64,000 bases of DNA from a virus. The position numbers were made by a program, and so were the translations under genes. Shown one piece after another: positions 1 to 10,325 of this stretch (position 1 is its first letter; each line of letters starts with the position of its first letter). The notes beneath the pieces are model-generated. The model had not been told where the DNA came from. It did not search any database and was given only the letters and a program-made list of their open reading frames with translations. The stretch spans positions 32,001 through 96,000 of IMG/VR virus record IMGVR_UViG_3300020048_000039; one strand, written 5' to 3'.

Positions 1-43
1 CCAAAAGGGTGTAGCAATTGTGGATAAAGAAAAAATATAACAT

Positions 44-679
44 ATGAAACTCGCTAACATTGTTTACGAAAAGGAATTGATTAATCACACTCAGGTAGAG
101 TATGTTAACTACATCAATAAACCCGAAGAATACGATAAGCTTGATAAGACTTTACCTACTTTATATGTGGGTTGGTCATTTATGAAAGCCAGTAATCCAA
201 ACAATGAGATAATTCAGAACGCAAATATTCTTTACAAGAAAATCATTACAAATGAACTTTATTGGGAATGTAGTTTCGAAGAAAGTAAATCATCACACAT
301 TAAGGGTGTTGAAAGCTTTATTAAGAATGTCCCACAATTTTATTTTACGCCAAGGTATGAATACATTAACTTAGACCCTGTTTTCTTTCAGATTAAAGAT
401 GTTGATGACTTAATGGATATTTTACCTAAAAAGATAGACTATACTTATAATTATAAGAACGAAATGCTTTACATATTAACCGACAATAAAATCTATGGTA
501 TTAATTTGTTTTTATATAATTATTTTAAGTTTGTTATTGGTGACCTTTTATTTAGGATATCGGAAAGAACTGAAACTGGATTCATAGATGAAAAAGGAAT
601 TTCGTATCAACAATATTATAGATTATTACCAAACTATGAACGTTTAAAACGCCATATGATTGTTTTTCTATGTAAATAG
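44..679 (+). CDS. hypothetical phage protein
   Basis: 211-aa ORF with A-rich start context; no motif recognised. Confidence 0.7.
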   Translation: MKLANIVYEKELINHTQVEYVNYINKPEEYDKLDKTLPTLYVGWSFMKASNPNNEIIQNANILYKKIITNELYWECSFEESKSSHIKGVESFIKNVPQFYFTPRYEYINLDPVFFQIKDVDDLMDILPKKIDYTYNYKNEMLYILTDNKIYGINLFLYNYFKFVIGDLLFRISERTETGFIDEKGISYQQYYRLLPNYERLKRHMIVFLCK

Positions 680-744
680 TTGTTTATTGTAATTTATTGT
701 ATATATTTTATCTGTGTTTCCAAATGATATTTAAGATTTGAATA

Positions 745-752
745 GTATTTAT
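745..752 (+). promoter_or_regulatory. GTATTTAT box, putative phage late promoter (first of about 19 intergenic copies)
   Basis: Exact copies upstream of starts at 745, 3932, 6593, 13140, 13486, 23928, 28230, 30000, 30390, 30935, 33311, 33704, 42178, 44495, 45689, 46435, 54346, 56366 and 59768; variant GTATCTAT at 22884. Confidence 0.75.
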
Positions 753-773
753 GTGTAATAAATAACTTATATT

Positions 774-965
774 ATGAAAAACGACATAACAAAAGTGCTT
801 AATGATTTTATCGACTCTCCTGAGAATGAAGACGAAGTAGTAGTTAAAAAAACAAATAATAATAAAAAAATTGTTCTTGATGAAAGAGACGGCTTAATTA
901 TTGAAAGAATCGACCGTCAATACATTACATCGGACGGGCGTATGCTTTTAAGAGAACAATACTAA
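774..965 (+). CDS. small hypothetical protein
   Basis: 63-aa acidic ORF directly downstream of a GTATTTAT box. Confidence 0.7.
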   Translation: MKNDITKVLNDFIDSPENEDEVVVKKTNNNKKIVLDERDGLIIERIDRQYITSDGRMLLREQY

Positions 966-976
966 TACATTCGCCA

Positions 977-1693
977 ATGATAGAAATAAAAACTAAACTT
1001 CAAGAGATTGCTCTTAAGGAATTTATGCACCGTGTTACTTATAACATTAACGAAGTTCATTATCGTCCGTTAGTTGGTGTTGACGAAGAGTTTGACGATT
1101 TGCCTTCAAACTCAAAAAATGAAGCTGGTGAGCAAGAAGATGCTCCTAAACCAGCAGGTGGTGCTGCACCACCCGAAACATCTAACGACCAGCCAATGGG
1201 CGTAGATGCACCTGTTCCACCCGAAATTCCTGAACCAGCTATTGCACCAGAAGGTGGAATGCCACCAGAAGGCGGTGCTCCTGAAATTGGTGGAATGCCA
1301 CCTGCACCAGTAGAACCCGTTGCACCACCTGTTGATGATGTTCAAAACGAAATTATTAAACACAATATTGAGGCAATGAAAGCAATTCACGACCAATTGG
1401 AATCGCTTAACAATATGAGTAAATCATTGGATGCTAAATTAGAAGTGCTTACTGCTGATGTTGAGGAAGTTCGTGAACCAACTAATGTTCAGAAACTCAT
1501 GAGTAAAACCAATGTTTCACACCCATATTATTACAATCTTAATGATTATTGGGGCAAGAATTTTAATCAACAGAAAGATGGTGAATTAGAAAGGGGTATT
1601 AAGGAATTACCTGATGGTACATATGTAGCAGATTTTGATGATTTGCCACAGAAATCCAAAACTGATGTTCAGAATAGTTTTAATGATATATAA
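977..1693 (+). CDS. acidic Pro-rich protein, putative head/scaffold-associated
   Basis: Low-complexity P/E/G/A tract (APPEGGMPPEGG) followed by a coiled-coil-like segment. Confidence 0.65.
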   Translation: MIEIKTKLQEIALKEFMHRVTYNINEVHYRPLVGVDEEFDDLPSNSKNEAGEQEDAPKPAGGAAPPETSNDQPMGVDAPVPPEIPEPAIAPEGGMPPEGGAPEIGGMPPAPVEPVAPPVDDVQNEIIKHNIEAMKAIHDQLESLNNMSKSLDAKLEVLTADVEEVREPTNVQKLMSKTNVSHPYYYNLNDYWGKNFNQQKDGELERGIKELPDGTYVADFDDLPQKSKTDVQNSFNDI

Positions 1694-2137
1694 ATGAGAA
1701 TATTTCCAGCAACTGGTTCAAAAGAAAGACTCTTTCAAATGATGGGAAGGGTTAGTAAGCTTAATGAAGAACTACTCTCTCCTGATAAGAGAGAGTCTGT
1801 TGTTAATGAGTTTCTGAGTTTTGCTGCTGATAGACTTAATTTAGAAGATGCACCAAAGATAAGACTTTCATATGATGAAGGTGATGCTCAGAAGAATAAA
1901 TCATTTGGAAACTATAAGCCAGAGAATAACGAAATTAATGTTGTGGCAAAAAATAGAAATTTGGCTGATATTTTGAGGACAGTTGCGCATGAGTTAATAC
2001 ATCTAAAGCAAAATAAAGAAGGGAGAATCAAACCAAATTCAGGTGAAACTGGAAGCACAGAAGAAAATGAAGCAAATGCACTTGCAGGAGTTCTCATGAG
2101 AGAGTTTGGAAAAAATAATCCGATTATATTCGAATAA
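1694..2137 (+). CDS. zincin-like metallopeptidase domain protein
   Basis: LRTVAHELIHLKQ (HExxH) plus downstream ENEANALAG third-ligand Glu region. Confidence 0.7.
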   Translation: MRIFPATGSKERLFQMMGRVSKLNEELLSPDKRESVVNEFLSFAADRLNLEDAPKIRLSYDEGDAQKNKSFGNYKPENNEINVVAKNRNLADILRTVAHELIHLKQNKEGRIKPNSGETGSTEENEANALAGVLMREFGKNNPIIFE

Positions 2138-2146
2138 ATTAAAGAT

Positions 2147-3874
2147 ATGAAGAACAGCAAATTATTTAACGTAGCTGGTAGCAAAGAGAGACTCTTTGAA
2201 ATGATGCAAAAGGTGAATAAAATTAGTTTAAATGAAGATGTTATGCAAGGCGAAGCAAAAGGCGACCTTGCAGCAAATGCATTTAATGAATTGGTAAGCG
2301 GTGCACTTAAAATAGATAAAACCAACACACAAACAGATGAAAATGGAAGTTATCTTGAAATTGGTGGTGTTGATGATGCAGGAAATAGAGCATCATTCAG
2401 GTTCAGAGTAGAAGGAAGTCAGGGCGACCAAGACGGTGTATTCAGCGTTAATAAGGCAACTTTAACACAATTTAATTTCGTTGGTCATGGGTTTGATGCG
2501 GAAATGGGTGAAGAGGTAAATACAATACAAAGATTAAATGCCTCAAAATCACAGGAAATGATTGACGTAGCGAGTCAGTATGCTGATTTTGATATGGGTG
2601 AACCCGAAATTGATGAAGAATATATGCAGGCAATGCAGAAAATTGATTCATATCCATTCGGTGGAACTCCACGAACAATGGTGACTCCTGCACAATACTT
2701 AGACCAAAAACCAACCAATCCTGATTTAAGGGTTAAAGCACCTGAATTAAATAAATTTGTTGTTGGCGAAAATAATATTGTTATGGATAATCCCGATACT
2801 GCTAATTTAGGTCAGCATTATTATGATAAATCAAAATCTAAGTTTCAAGTTATTGAGCAGGCAATCGAAGCGGTTAATAAGATATTGGCAGTAAGAGGTC
2901 AGAACTCAACCAGTATTCCAATCGAACAATATAGAAAAATGGTTAAGGATGAAGCTTCTATTATATATGCCGATTTTTTAGGTCGAATGAACGAAGGAAA
3001 GAAAAAGAAAAAAGATAAAACAGATTACCCAAATCCAATTGGTAGTCACTTCAAACCAAAATCAGATTATCCTACTGAAAAGAAAAAACCACAGACTGCT
3101 GTAAATATTGATGAAGAATTTGGTGACGAGGAAAAAGCACCTAACATGAATCTCCGTGATACTCAACCTAATCTTAAAATGGCTAAAAATGCTGCAAATT
3201 CTGATATGGATAAAGAGCATAGGGGAGTTAATAGAGCACATAGTGGAATTAATAAAGTGCCATACGATACACAATTTGGTGAATTTGACCTACACGAGAA
3301 AGAAGAACCAAATGCTGGTGAAGAACAAGAAATTAATCATGTTGAGCGTGAAAGAGAAGAACAAGGCGAAAAATTACAGGGTGGACTTGGTGACGAAGCT
3401 ACGACACAACAATTTGACCAAGAACAAGTTCTAATGGGATTAAAGGTAGAAATGGAACATTCAGATGACCCTACAGTGGCATTAGAAATCGTTTTAGACC
3501 ATCTTAGCGAAGACCCTGAGTACTACACCACAAAAGACAATCCAGAGTGTTCTGCGCAGGCTAATGCAGCCAAAGATGCAGAAGGTGATGAAGAAGCAAA
3601 TCCTGACTTATATGGCGCAGGTAGCGAAGACCAAAATGATGTCGAAAAAGAAAATCCTGATTTATATCCCGAAGGTTGGAAAGAAATGGATGGAATGTTT
3701 ATGAATCCAAACAATCCAATGTATATGGGTGGCAATAAAAAGAATGACAAAGAAGAAGAAGACATATTACTTGGATTTAAGCCACATAATGTTGGTGATG
3801 AAATTGAAGAAGCATACGGTCAAGCAAACCCATTAAAAATACCTGCATTTCCAAAAGCTGGTACTGTTAAATAA
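2147..3874 (+). CDS. acidic multidomain putative head protein with DUF5661-like domain
   Basis: C-terminal MGLKVEMEH...EIVLDHLSEDPEYYT resembles DUF5661 as recalled; N-terminal GSKERLFEMM shared with the upstream gene. Confidence 0.6.
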   Translation: MKNSKLFNVAGSKERLFEMMQKVNKISLNEDVMQGEAKGDLAANAFNELVSGALKIDKTNTQTDENGSYLEIGGVDDAGNRASFRFRVEGSQGDQDGVFSVNKATLTQFNFVGHGFDAEMGEEVNTIQRLNASKSQEMIDVASQYADFDMGEPEIDEEYMQAMQKIDSYPFGGTPRTMVTPAQYLDQKPTNPDLRVKAPELNKFVVGENNIVMDNPDTANLGQHYYDKSKSKFQVIEQAIEAVNKILAVRGQNSTSIPIEQYRKMVKDEASIIYADFLGRMNEGKKKKKDKTDYPNPIGSHFKPKSDYPTEKKKPQTAVNIDEEFGDEEKAPNMNLRDTQPNLKMAKNAANSDMDKEHRGVNRAHSGINKVPYDTQFGEFDLHEKEEPNAGEEQEINHVEREREEQGEKLQGGLGDEATTQQFDQEQVLMGLKVEMEHSDDPTVALEIVLDHLSEDPEYYTTKDNPECSAQANAAKDAEGDEEANPDLYGAGSEDQNDVEKENPDLYPEGWKEMDGMFMNPNNPMYMGGNKKNDKEEEDILLGFKPHNVGDEIEEAYGQANPLKIPAFPKAGTVK

Positions 3875-3895
3875 ATTTAAGTGAATTGAGTATAA

Positions 3896-3923
3896 AAGAG
3901 ACTGCCAGTTGGTAGTCTTTTTT
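3896..3923 (+). terminator. intrinsic terminator
   Basis: AGACTGCCA/TGGTAGTCT stem followed by a T-run after the stop at 3874. Confidence 0.7.
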
Positions 3924-3953
3924 GTTTCTCTGTATTTATAATAAAAAAATAGC

Positions 3954-5534
3954 ATGTCAGTCTTTAGGTCATACTTTTCTCAGAACAATACGTTAATAAA
4001 AAATAACGTAACCAACAATGCATTAAATCCCGTTACTGAAATATCATATGGTACAAATAATGCAGAAGTTACGAGGTTTATATTAGATATTGACCTAACT
4101 GACCTTCAAACTAAGATAGCACAAGGACTTATAATACCAAATAGTTCTATGAAGCACGTGTTGCATATGACTAATACAATTAGCTATGCTCCACAATATA
4201 TAGGTAAAAAATCATATACAACTGCAATTAACAGAGCATCGAGTTTCGACTTGGAGTTCTTTAATATTAATCAGGCTTGGGATGGTGGTAGTGGCTATGA
4301 TTTAATATATGGTTCATCTGCACCACGAATATTATATGATGCTTCTGGAAATACAACAGGAATTACATATAATATTGGTTCATTTAGTGAAATGGGACAA
4401 GGTGATGCAGTATATGGAGCATCAAACTGGTTTTCAGGAAAGACAAATGTAGTTTGGAATGTCGCTGGTGCATATCAAAGTGGTGCTACCCAAATTTTAA
4501 GTACACAACATTTTGATGCAGGTAATGAAAACATTGATATTGATATAACCAATTATATTAACCAAAGATTATTTAGTGGATATACTGGTACTACCGCATT
4601 TACTGGTGATACATATGGTATTGGTATTAAATTTAGTGAGGCATTTGAAGAACAAAAGACTCAATTTAGAGAAGCTGTTGCATTTCATGCGAAAAATACT
4701 AATACTTGGTATGAACCATATCTTGAAACGACTATTGATGATACTATTGTTGACGATAGAAACTATTTTTATTTAGATAAAGAAAATAGTTTGTATTTTT
4801 ATTTAAACAACAATCTTCCAAATGTAGTTGTTAATAAGGTAGAAATTTATGACCATGATGGTGATTTAGTTGATATATTATCTGGTAGCTCAATTATTAA
4901 TGTATGTAAGGGTATATATAAGATAAATTTGACTGTAAATTCTGATGATTATCCAGACGCAGTGTTATTTAATGACAAATGGTTTTTAACGATAAATGGT
5001 AAAACGAGTGAATATACTGGTGATTTTTATTTAATATCTGCTGATAATTACTATGGTTTCGACAATTCTAATAATATTAACTTCGATAACTACTTCTTTT
5101 ATTTTTGGGGAATAGGTGAAAAAGAGAACATTATGAATGGAAATGTTAGAAAAATTAAGCTAACCATAAAAGAATTGTATCCAAATCAAAATAATTTTGT
5201 ACCTTTGGAGCTTGAATATAGGGTATTCACAACAATTGGTAGTAAATATCAGATAGATGTAATTCCATTTACTTCTATTAATAGAACAAATACTGGATAT
5301 TACTTTAATCTTGATACTTCTTGGTTAATTCCACAAGACTATTACCTACAGATAAGAATGAAGAATGGCGACTATTATGAAAACAAACAGACACTTTCAT
5401 TCACAGTTGTATCAGATGGCTCTCAATTATTTTCTACAACCTCAATGCCAGTTCCTCAACCAATACCTATGAAACAATTCCCAACTGGCTTTATGTATAA
5501 CAATACATTATTATTTAATTCTAAAACTTGGTAA
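3954..5534 (+). CDS. putative virion structural protein
   Basis: 526 aa, rich in N/T/G/Y, predicted beta-rich; GTATTTAT box at 3932. Confidence 0.6.
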   Translation: MSVFRSYFSQNNTLIKNNVTNNALNPVTEISYGTNNAEVTRFILDIDLTDLQTKIAQGLIIPNSSMKHVLHMTNTISYAPQYIGKKSYTTAINRASSFDLEFFNINQAWDGGSGYDLIYGSSAPRILYDASGNTTGITYNIGSFSEMGQGDAVYGASNWFSGKTNVVWNVAGAYQSGATQILSTQHFDAGNENIDIDITNYINQRLFSGYTGTTAFTGDTYGIGIKFSEAFEEQKTQFREAVAFHAKNTNTWYEPYLETTIDDTIVDDRNYFYLDKENSLYFYLNNNLPNVVVNKVEIYDHDGDLVDILSGSSIINVCKGIYKINLTVNSDDYPDAVLFNDKWFLTINGKTSEYTGDFYLISADNYYGFDNSNNINFDNYFFYFWGIGEKENIMNGNVRKIKLTIKELYPNQNNFVPLELEYRVFTTIGSKYQIDVIPFTSINRTNTGYYFNLDTSWLIPQDYYLQIRMKNGDYYENKQTLSFTVVSDGSQLFSTTSMPVPQPIPMKQFPTGFMYNNTLLFNSKTW

Positions 5535-5546
5535 AACTAAAAAAAA

Positions 5547-6263
5547 ATGGCAAATATTAAAACAATTTCAGTTATAGATGGTGTAACAACAACCCAGATG
5601 TTCGCTGGCGATATTGATTATAATTTTAAAATAATTACTGGTAATACATATACCAGAAATCAAATAGATTTATTTTTAGGATATAAATTAAATATATCCA
5701 CCTTCAATGCCTTTACTGGTACTACATTGAGCATCGACACCTTCAATGCCTTTACTGGCACTACATTGAGCATCGACACCTTCAATGCCTTTACTGGCAC
5801 TACGTTAAGCATCGACACTTTCAATGCCTTTACTGGCACTACGTTACCAGCATATAAGCAGACATCATTTACATCAACACTTGCATATACTGTTGGATTA
5901 ACAGATTATGGGTGGAAGAATAATATTAGCGCAGAAAGATGGCATCAAAATGGCGTTTATGTTAATTTAGAAAAAGAACTTGGAACTGGTTGGAGCACAT
6001 TCAATATAATATATAGTCTTCAATCCGAACATAATGCTGGCTCTGATTTAAATGTGAGATTATATGATTCAATTGACGGATATGTTGGTAATTGGTACAC
6101 AATTACTGCAACAACACTCGGATATGTAATGGTAGAAATGACTAATCTTACGTTCACCAATAAATCATCACCAAGAGTGATTCACTTAGAATCATATATT
6201 GGTAATGTATTACAATATTATCACATAAATAAAATAGATTTATCAATAGAAGGGAATAATTAA
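5547..6263 (+). CDS. putative virion protein with internal 13-aa tandem repeat
   Basis: TFNAFTGTTLSID repeated about 3.8 times. Confidence 0.6.
   Translation: MANIKTISVIDGVTTTQMFAGDIDYNFKIITGNTYTRNQIDLFLGYKLNISTFNAFTGTTLSIDTFNAFTGTTLSIDTFNAFTGTTLSIDTFNAFTGTTLPAYKQTSFTSTLAYTVGLTDYGWKNNISAERWHQNGVYVNLEKELGTGWSTFNIIYSLQSEHNAGSDLNVRLYDSIDGYVGNWYTITATTLGYVMVEMTNLTFTNKSSPRVIHLESYIGNVLQYYHINKIDLSIEGNN
5700..5846 (+). repeat. 39-nt in-frame tandem repeat (3 full copies + 1 partial)
   Basis: Unit ACCTTCAATGCCTTTACTGG(T/C)ACTAC(A/G)TT(G/A)AGCATCGAC. Confidence 0.95.
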
Positions 6264-6264
6264 T

Positions 6265-6492
6265 ATGGCAACTTACATAAATAACCTAAATGAACTAAAA
6301 TCTGAGATTGAAAATCAGATTAATAATCAAAAAATATTAATTAAATCACAAATAACTGATGTCGATTTGAGTACTGAGATGTTTGGACCAGTTGGTGCTA
6401 AAACGATTAAATTATATGCTGTGAAAGAAATCGAAGCATTGGGAGTATTATTACATAAATTAGAATCAATAAATAATTTATTGGGAATATAG
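6265..6492 (+). CDS. small hypothetical protein
   Basis: 75-aa ORF translationally coupled to the upstream gene. Confidence 0.6.
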   Translation: MATYINNLNELKSEIENQINNQKILIKSQITDVDLSTEMFGPVGAKTIKLYAVKEIEALGVLLHKLESINNLLGI

Positions 6493-6520
6493 AAAAGATG
6501 TTTTCAAATTTTTATTATTT

Positions 6521-6556
6521 TTGTGGCGAAGTCGTTTTTTTAAAATTTCGCCACAA
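6521..6556 (+). terminator. inverted repeat/terminator
   Basis: TTGTGGCGAAGT ... ATTTCGCCACAA flanked by T-runs. Confidence 0.55.
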
Positions 6557-6590
6557 TTTTTTTATTTAATTTAATTATTTTCAAAAATCC

Positions 6591-6621
6591 TTGTATTTAT
6601 GTAAAATGAAGACTACTTTTG
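6591..6621 (+). promoter_or_regulatory. Bacteroidota-type sigma70 promoter for the replication operon
   Basis: TTG(6591)-N20-TACTTTTG(6614) matches the -33/-7 (TTTG / TAnnTTTG) consensus. Confidence 0.65.
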
Positions 6622-6695
6622 TAGTGTTATTAAAATTGTAATTAATAATTGAAATAATAATTGTAAATAACTTTAACTGTAAAAACCAAATCAAA

Positions 6696-7934
6696 ATGGC
6701 AAATGAACCAAACGGTCAAATGGATGACCTAAAAAAAATGTTCTCTGACTATCAGAAGAAACAGACCCAATCAACGGGTGGCAAAAAATCACGTGAGGAC
6801 TTATTAGCGAAATATTTCGTCCCTCGCAACACCAAAGAAGTTTTCCGAATCTTACCCCCAAAAGGCAACAAGAAACACATCGAAGAAGCATTCTTCCATG
6901 TTGTTACCACTAATGCTGCTGGCGGTAAAAAGAAACACGGCACAGTAATTTACTGTCCTGCCCACAACGACCCAAAGGTAAAGAAATTAGATTCTGCTGG
7001 CAATCCTATTTTGGAAGCCAATGGTAATCCTGTTATGATACCTGCTCCATGTCCTTTATGTGCACAACATAAGAAATGGCTTGCAAAACAAGACCCATCT
7101 TTAAAAGGTGTTAAAAAGGAAAACATGAATCCTTCACAACTTGTTACTAAAGAAAAGAATGATGCAATTTACAAGGAAGCCATTAAATGGGAAGCCAAGA
7201 AATTCTACATTGTTCGTGGTATTGACAAGGGACAGGAAAAAGATGGTGTAAAATTCTGGAGGTTCAAACACAATTACAAGAACCAAGGTACACTTGACAA
7301 ATTACTTCCTATCTTGGAAGAATACATGACACACCAACAAGCCGACTTCTCAGATGCTCAAAACGGTACAGATTTAAGTATCATTATGACTGACAGCGAA
7401 TTTAATGGTCATGTTTACAAAACAATTTCCGCAATTACTTTCCGTGGTAAATCACCACTCTCACCAGATTCACTTATTGCAAGAGCATGGCTTGATGATG
7501 ATATTACGTGGAGAGACGTTTTCTTACCAAAGAAAGCACCTAACACCACACCATACGAATTTCTCGAAATGGTTGCAAGCGGTTCAAACCCATATTGGGA
7601 TGATACTGACCAAAGTAATAAGAAATGGGTGTTTCCCGGTCGTCCTGACTTGGAAGAACTTGCCAATAATCGTCAACGTAATCTCGATGCAGATGACGAT
7701 GAAACATTCGAACAAGCATCCGACCTTGATGATGAATATGTTTCAATTAGTAACATAACTCCATCACAAGTGGGTACTTACAAGGACACTGCAATGGATT
7801 TAGGTGCAACCGCTATTGCTGAAACAGCACCAGTTGCACAGGTAACTTCACCAGTTGCACAAGCAACGACTACAGAAGCACCTGTAACTGAACCCGCAGT
7901 AGGTAAAGTAAATTATGACGACTTACCTTTCTAA
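6696..7934 (+). CDS. single-stranded DNA-binding protein, T4 gp32-like
   Basis: FRILPP, Zn-type CPAHND...CPLC, acidic C-terminal tail ending YDDLPF; first gene of the replication cluster. Confidence 0.75.
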   Translation: MANEPNGQMDDLKKMFSDYQKKQTQSTGGKKSREDLLAKYFVPRNTKEVFRILPPKGNKKHIEEAFFHVVTTNAAGGKKKHGTVIYCPAHNDPKVKKLDSAGNPILEANGNPVMIPAPCPLCAQHKKWLAKQDPSLKGVKKENMNPSQLVTKEKNDAIYKEAIKWEAKKFYIVRGIDKGQEKDGVKFWRFKHNYKNQGTLDKLLPILEEYMTHQQADFSDAQNGTDLSIIMTDSEFNGHVYKTISAITFRGKSPLSPDSLIARAWLDDDITWRDVFLPKKAPNTTPYEFLEMVASGSNPYWDDTDQSNKKWVFPGRPDLEELANNRQRNLDADDDETFEQASDLDDEYVSISNITPSQVGTYKDTAMDLGATAIAETAPVAQVTSPVAQATTTEAPVTEPAVGKVNYDDLPF

Positions 7935-7956
7935 TAGGTAGTCAAAAAATAAATCG

Positions 7957-7989
7957 AAAAAAGGGGTTATGAAAGTTTCCCCTTTTTTT
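7957..7989 (+). terminator. intrinsic terminator
   Basis: AAAAAAGGGG ... CCCCTTTTTTT. Confidence 0.6.
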
Positions 7990-8014
7990 ACCACTTGTAA
8001 TAAAATTTAATATA

Positions 8015-9193
8015 ATGGCAATAAAGAAAAAAGAAGACGAAGAAATCCCTTCAAACAATAAAGGTCGTAAACCAGCACCTGCAACCCCATCTACAACACC
8101 AGTATCATCAACGGCAGGAATGTCGCAAAAAAAGGTATTCGATTTAGACAAGTATAATAAAAGTATAGAATTGGAAGATGTACCAGATAAAGAATTGGTA
8201 TGGATTCCAATTAGCGATGCATTGGAAGATGTCACAGGTATACCCGGTGTGCCACAAGGTTATGTATCAACCTTTTGTGGATTCTCGAATAGTGGAAAGT
8301 CAACTGCACTTTGTTTAGGTATTGTTGCTGCACAGAAAATGGGCATGTATCCAATCATATTTGACTTAGAAAGCAACTTAGGTAGATACAGGTTGGCTTC
8401 AATGGGTTTTGACTGGAATGGTAAATTTAAGGTTATTAATAATGAGTATTTGCTTACGAAGTTCGGTGATAAAACCAGAAGTTATGCCTCAATTGAAGAT
8501 TTTGCAGCTTGCATTAGATTCTTTTTAAAAGAACAAGCAGAGGGTAGATTACCATTTGACTTATTATTTGCAATTGACTCAATCGGTACATTGGATTGTA
8601 ACAAAACAATTATTGCTGCCGAAAAGAGGGAAGCAGATAGTAACTTCTGGAATGCAGGAGTATATGAAAAAGAGTTTAAATACTTATTTAACGACATCAT
8701 TCCAAATAGTAGAAAAGCAAACAAACCTTACACCAATACAGTTATTGCTGTTCAGAAAATTGGTAGGGATGCAATGAACAATGCAATTACCATGAAAGGT
8801 GGTCGTATGTGGGAATATGTGCCAAGGTTACAATATTACTTTGGTGGCATTCTTACAAAGGGTGTTGCAAAAGTTACCGCAATTTCCAAAAAACGTACAA
8901 TGGAGTTTGGTGTATCAGTAAGAGTTAATATTCTGAAAAACCAGATTGATGGTCCTTTAGGTGGAATATCGATGGAAGGTAAAATAATTTCAGTTCCACA
9001 GGGATTTATAACACCAGATGGATTTGACGAATACAAAAAGAAAAACGTCTTATACTTCCGTAATTTATTTAAAAACAACGAATTAGATGTTAATGAACTT
9101 ACCACTGGCGAGAAAATAGTGGATGATTTTGGTAAGCCGATATATAATTTGATTCAGGGAGTAGACGAAGAAACAGGTGAAATAACTGAATAA
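8015..9193 (+). CDS. uvsX: RecA/UvsX-like recombinase
   Basis: Walker A GFSNSGKST, Walker B-like FAIDSIG, RVNILKNQI. Confidence 0.85.
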   Translation: MAIKKKEDEEIPSNNKGRKPAPATPSTTPVSSTAGMSQKKVFDLDKYNKSIELEDVPDKELVWIPISDALEDVTGIPGVPQGYVSTFCGFSNSGKSTALCLGIVAAQKMGMYPIIFDLESNLGRYRLASMGFDWNGKFKVINNEYLLTKFGDKTRSYASIEDFAACIRFFLKEQAEGRLPFDLLFAIDSIGTLDCNKTIIAAEKREADSNFWNAGVYEKEFKYLFNDIIPNSRKANKPYTNTVIAVQKIGRDAMNNAITMKGGRMWEYVPRLQYYFGGILTKGVAKVTAISKKRTMEFGVSVRVNILKNQIDGPLGGISMEGKIISVPQGFITPDGFDEYKKKNVLYFRNLFKNNELDVNELTTGEKIVDDFGKPIYNLIQGVDEETGEITE

Positions 9194-10257
9194 TGGAAAC
9201 AAGAACATTATTAGTTGATAGTTCAAATCTTTTAAAGCGTTCCTTTCATGGAGCGAAAGAAGTATATACCTCCAAATTTGGACATATTGGGGGTTTATAC
9301 TCTTTCCTTACTACTACACGTATGCTAATTAAAGAGCATAAGATTAATAAAGTGGTGTTGGTTTGGGATGGAGAAGGTGGTGGAATATATCGTCACCATA
9401 TTGATAAGGAATATAAAGCAAACCGAAAACATAAGGAATGGGATAAGAAAATCAGCATGACTGCTGCCGAAATTCGCAAAGAGAGGGAGAAAGAGCAATC
9501 CATTCTAAAACAAAGGTGTAGAATACAACAATATTGTCAAGAATTGTTTATAAGACAAATTGAAGTGGATGATATTGAAGCAGATGATTTAATTGCAGCA
9601 TATTGTTTACGTCATAGTAATGATGAAGAAATTTGGTTATACTCCAATGACCGTGACTTTGCACAATTCTTTGACCTGAACATCACCATATTGTTCCCAA
9701 ACATTAATGTTCCAGTAACAAGAGCAAACTATATGATGCATTTCGACCATCACTACACTAATGCATTGACAATGAAAATTGTTTGTGGTGATGATGCTGA
9801 TAATATTGCTGGAATTAAAGGTGTCGGTGAAGATACTTTACTAAAATACTTTCCCGAACTTAAGTACAAACATGTCAGTGTAAGGGAAATATGTCAGAGA
9901 GCAGCAGCAATTAATGCTGAAAGAATCTCAGGTAAGGGCAAGAACAAAAAGAAACCAGTAAAAGCACTCGAAAACATCGTAAATGGTGTCGAAAGGCTGA
10001 AAATGAATCATCAGTTAACGAATTTACGTGAGCCAATGCTTAATGAAGCAGCCGAAGAAGCACTACTGGAATTAGAAAAACCACTCTCACCTGAAAACCG
10101 TGGAACGAAACAATTGCTCCCTATGATGATGGAAGACGAGTTTTTAACCGTGTATAAAAGCACATTCGTTCAATATATTGAACCATTTTATACTGTCGTT
10201 ATGCATGAGAAACAGCTACTTACAGAGTTTCAGAAAAAACAAAAAAATAATTTATAA
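9193..10257 (+). CDS. 5'-3' exonuclease / RNase H (FEN/PolI N-terminal family)
   Basis: LLVDSSNL, VWDG, YKANR, EADDLIA, SNDRDF, GDDADNIAGIKGVG (helix-hairpin-helix). Confidence 0.9.
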   Translation: METRTLLVDSSNLLKRSFHGAKEVYTSKFGHIGGLYSFLTTTRMLIKEHKINKVVLVWDGEGGGIYRHHIDKEYKANRKHKEWDKKISMTAAEIRKEREKEQSILKQRCRIQQYCQELFIRQIEVDDIEADDLIAAYCLRHSNDEEIWLYSNDRDFAQFFDLNITILFPNINVPVTRANYMMHFDHHYTNALTMKIVCGDDADNIAGIKGVGEDTLLKYFPELKYKHVSVREICQRAAAINAERISGKGKNKKKPVKALENIVNGVERLKMNHQLTNLREPMLNEAAEEALLELEKPLSPENRGTKQLLPMMMEDEFLTVYKSTFVQYIEPFYTVVMHEKQLLTEFQKKQKNNL

Positions 10258-10286
10258 AAAGTCTTTCAAGTCTGGAAGATTGATAG

Positions 10287-10294
10287 TATATTTG
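10287..10294 (+). promoter_or_regulatory. Bacteroidota-type -7 element
   Basis: TATATTTG 32 nt upstream of ATG 10326; the -33 match (TTC) is imperfect. Confidence 0.45.
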
Positions 10295-10325
10295 TACAGT
10301 ATTAACAATTTAAATTTTATTAAAA

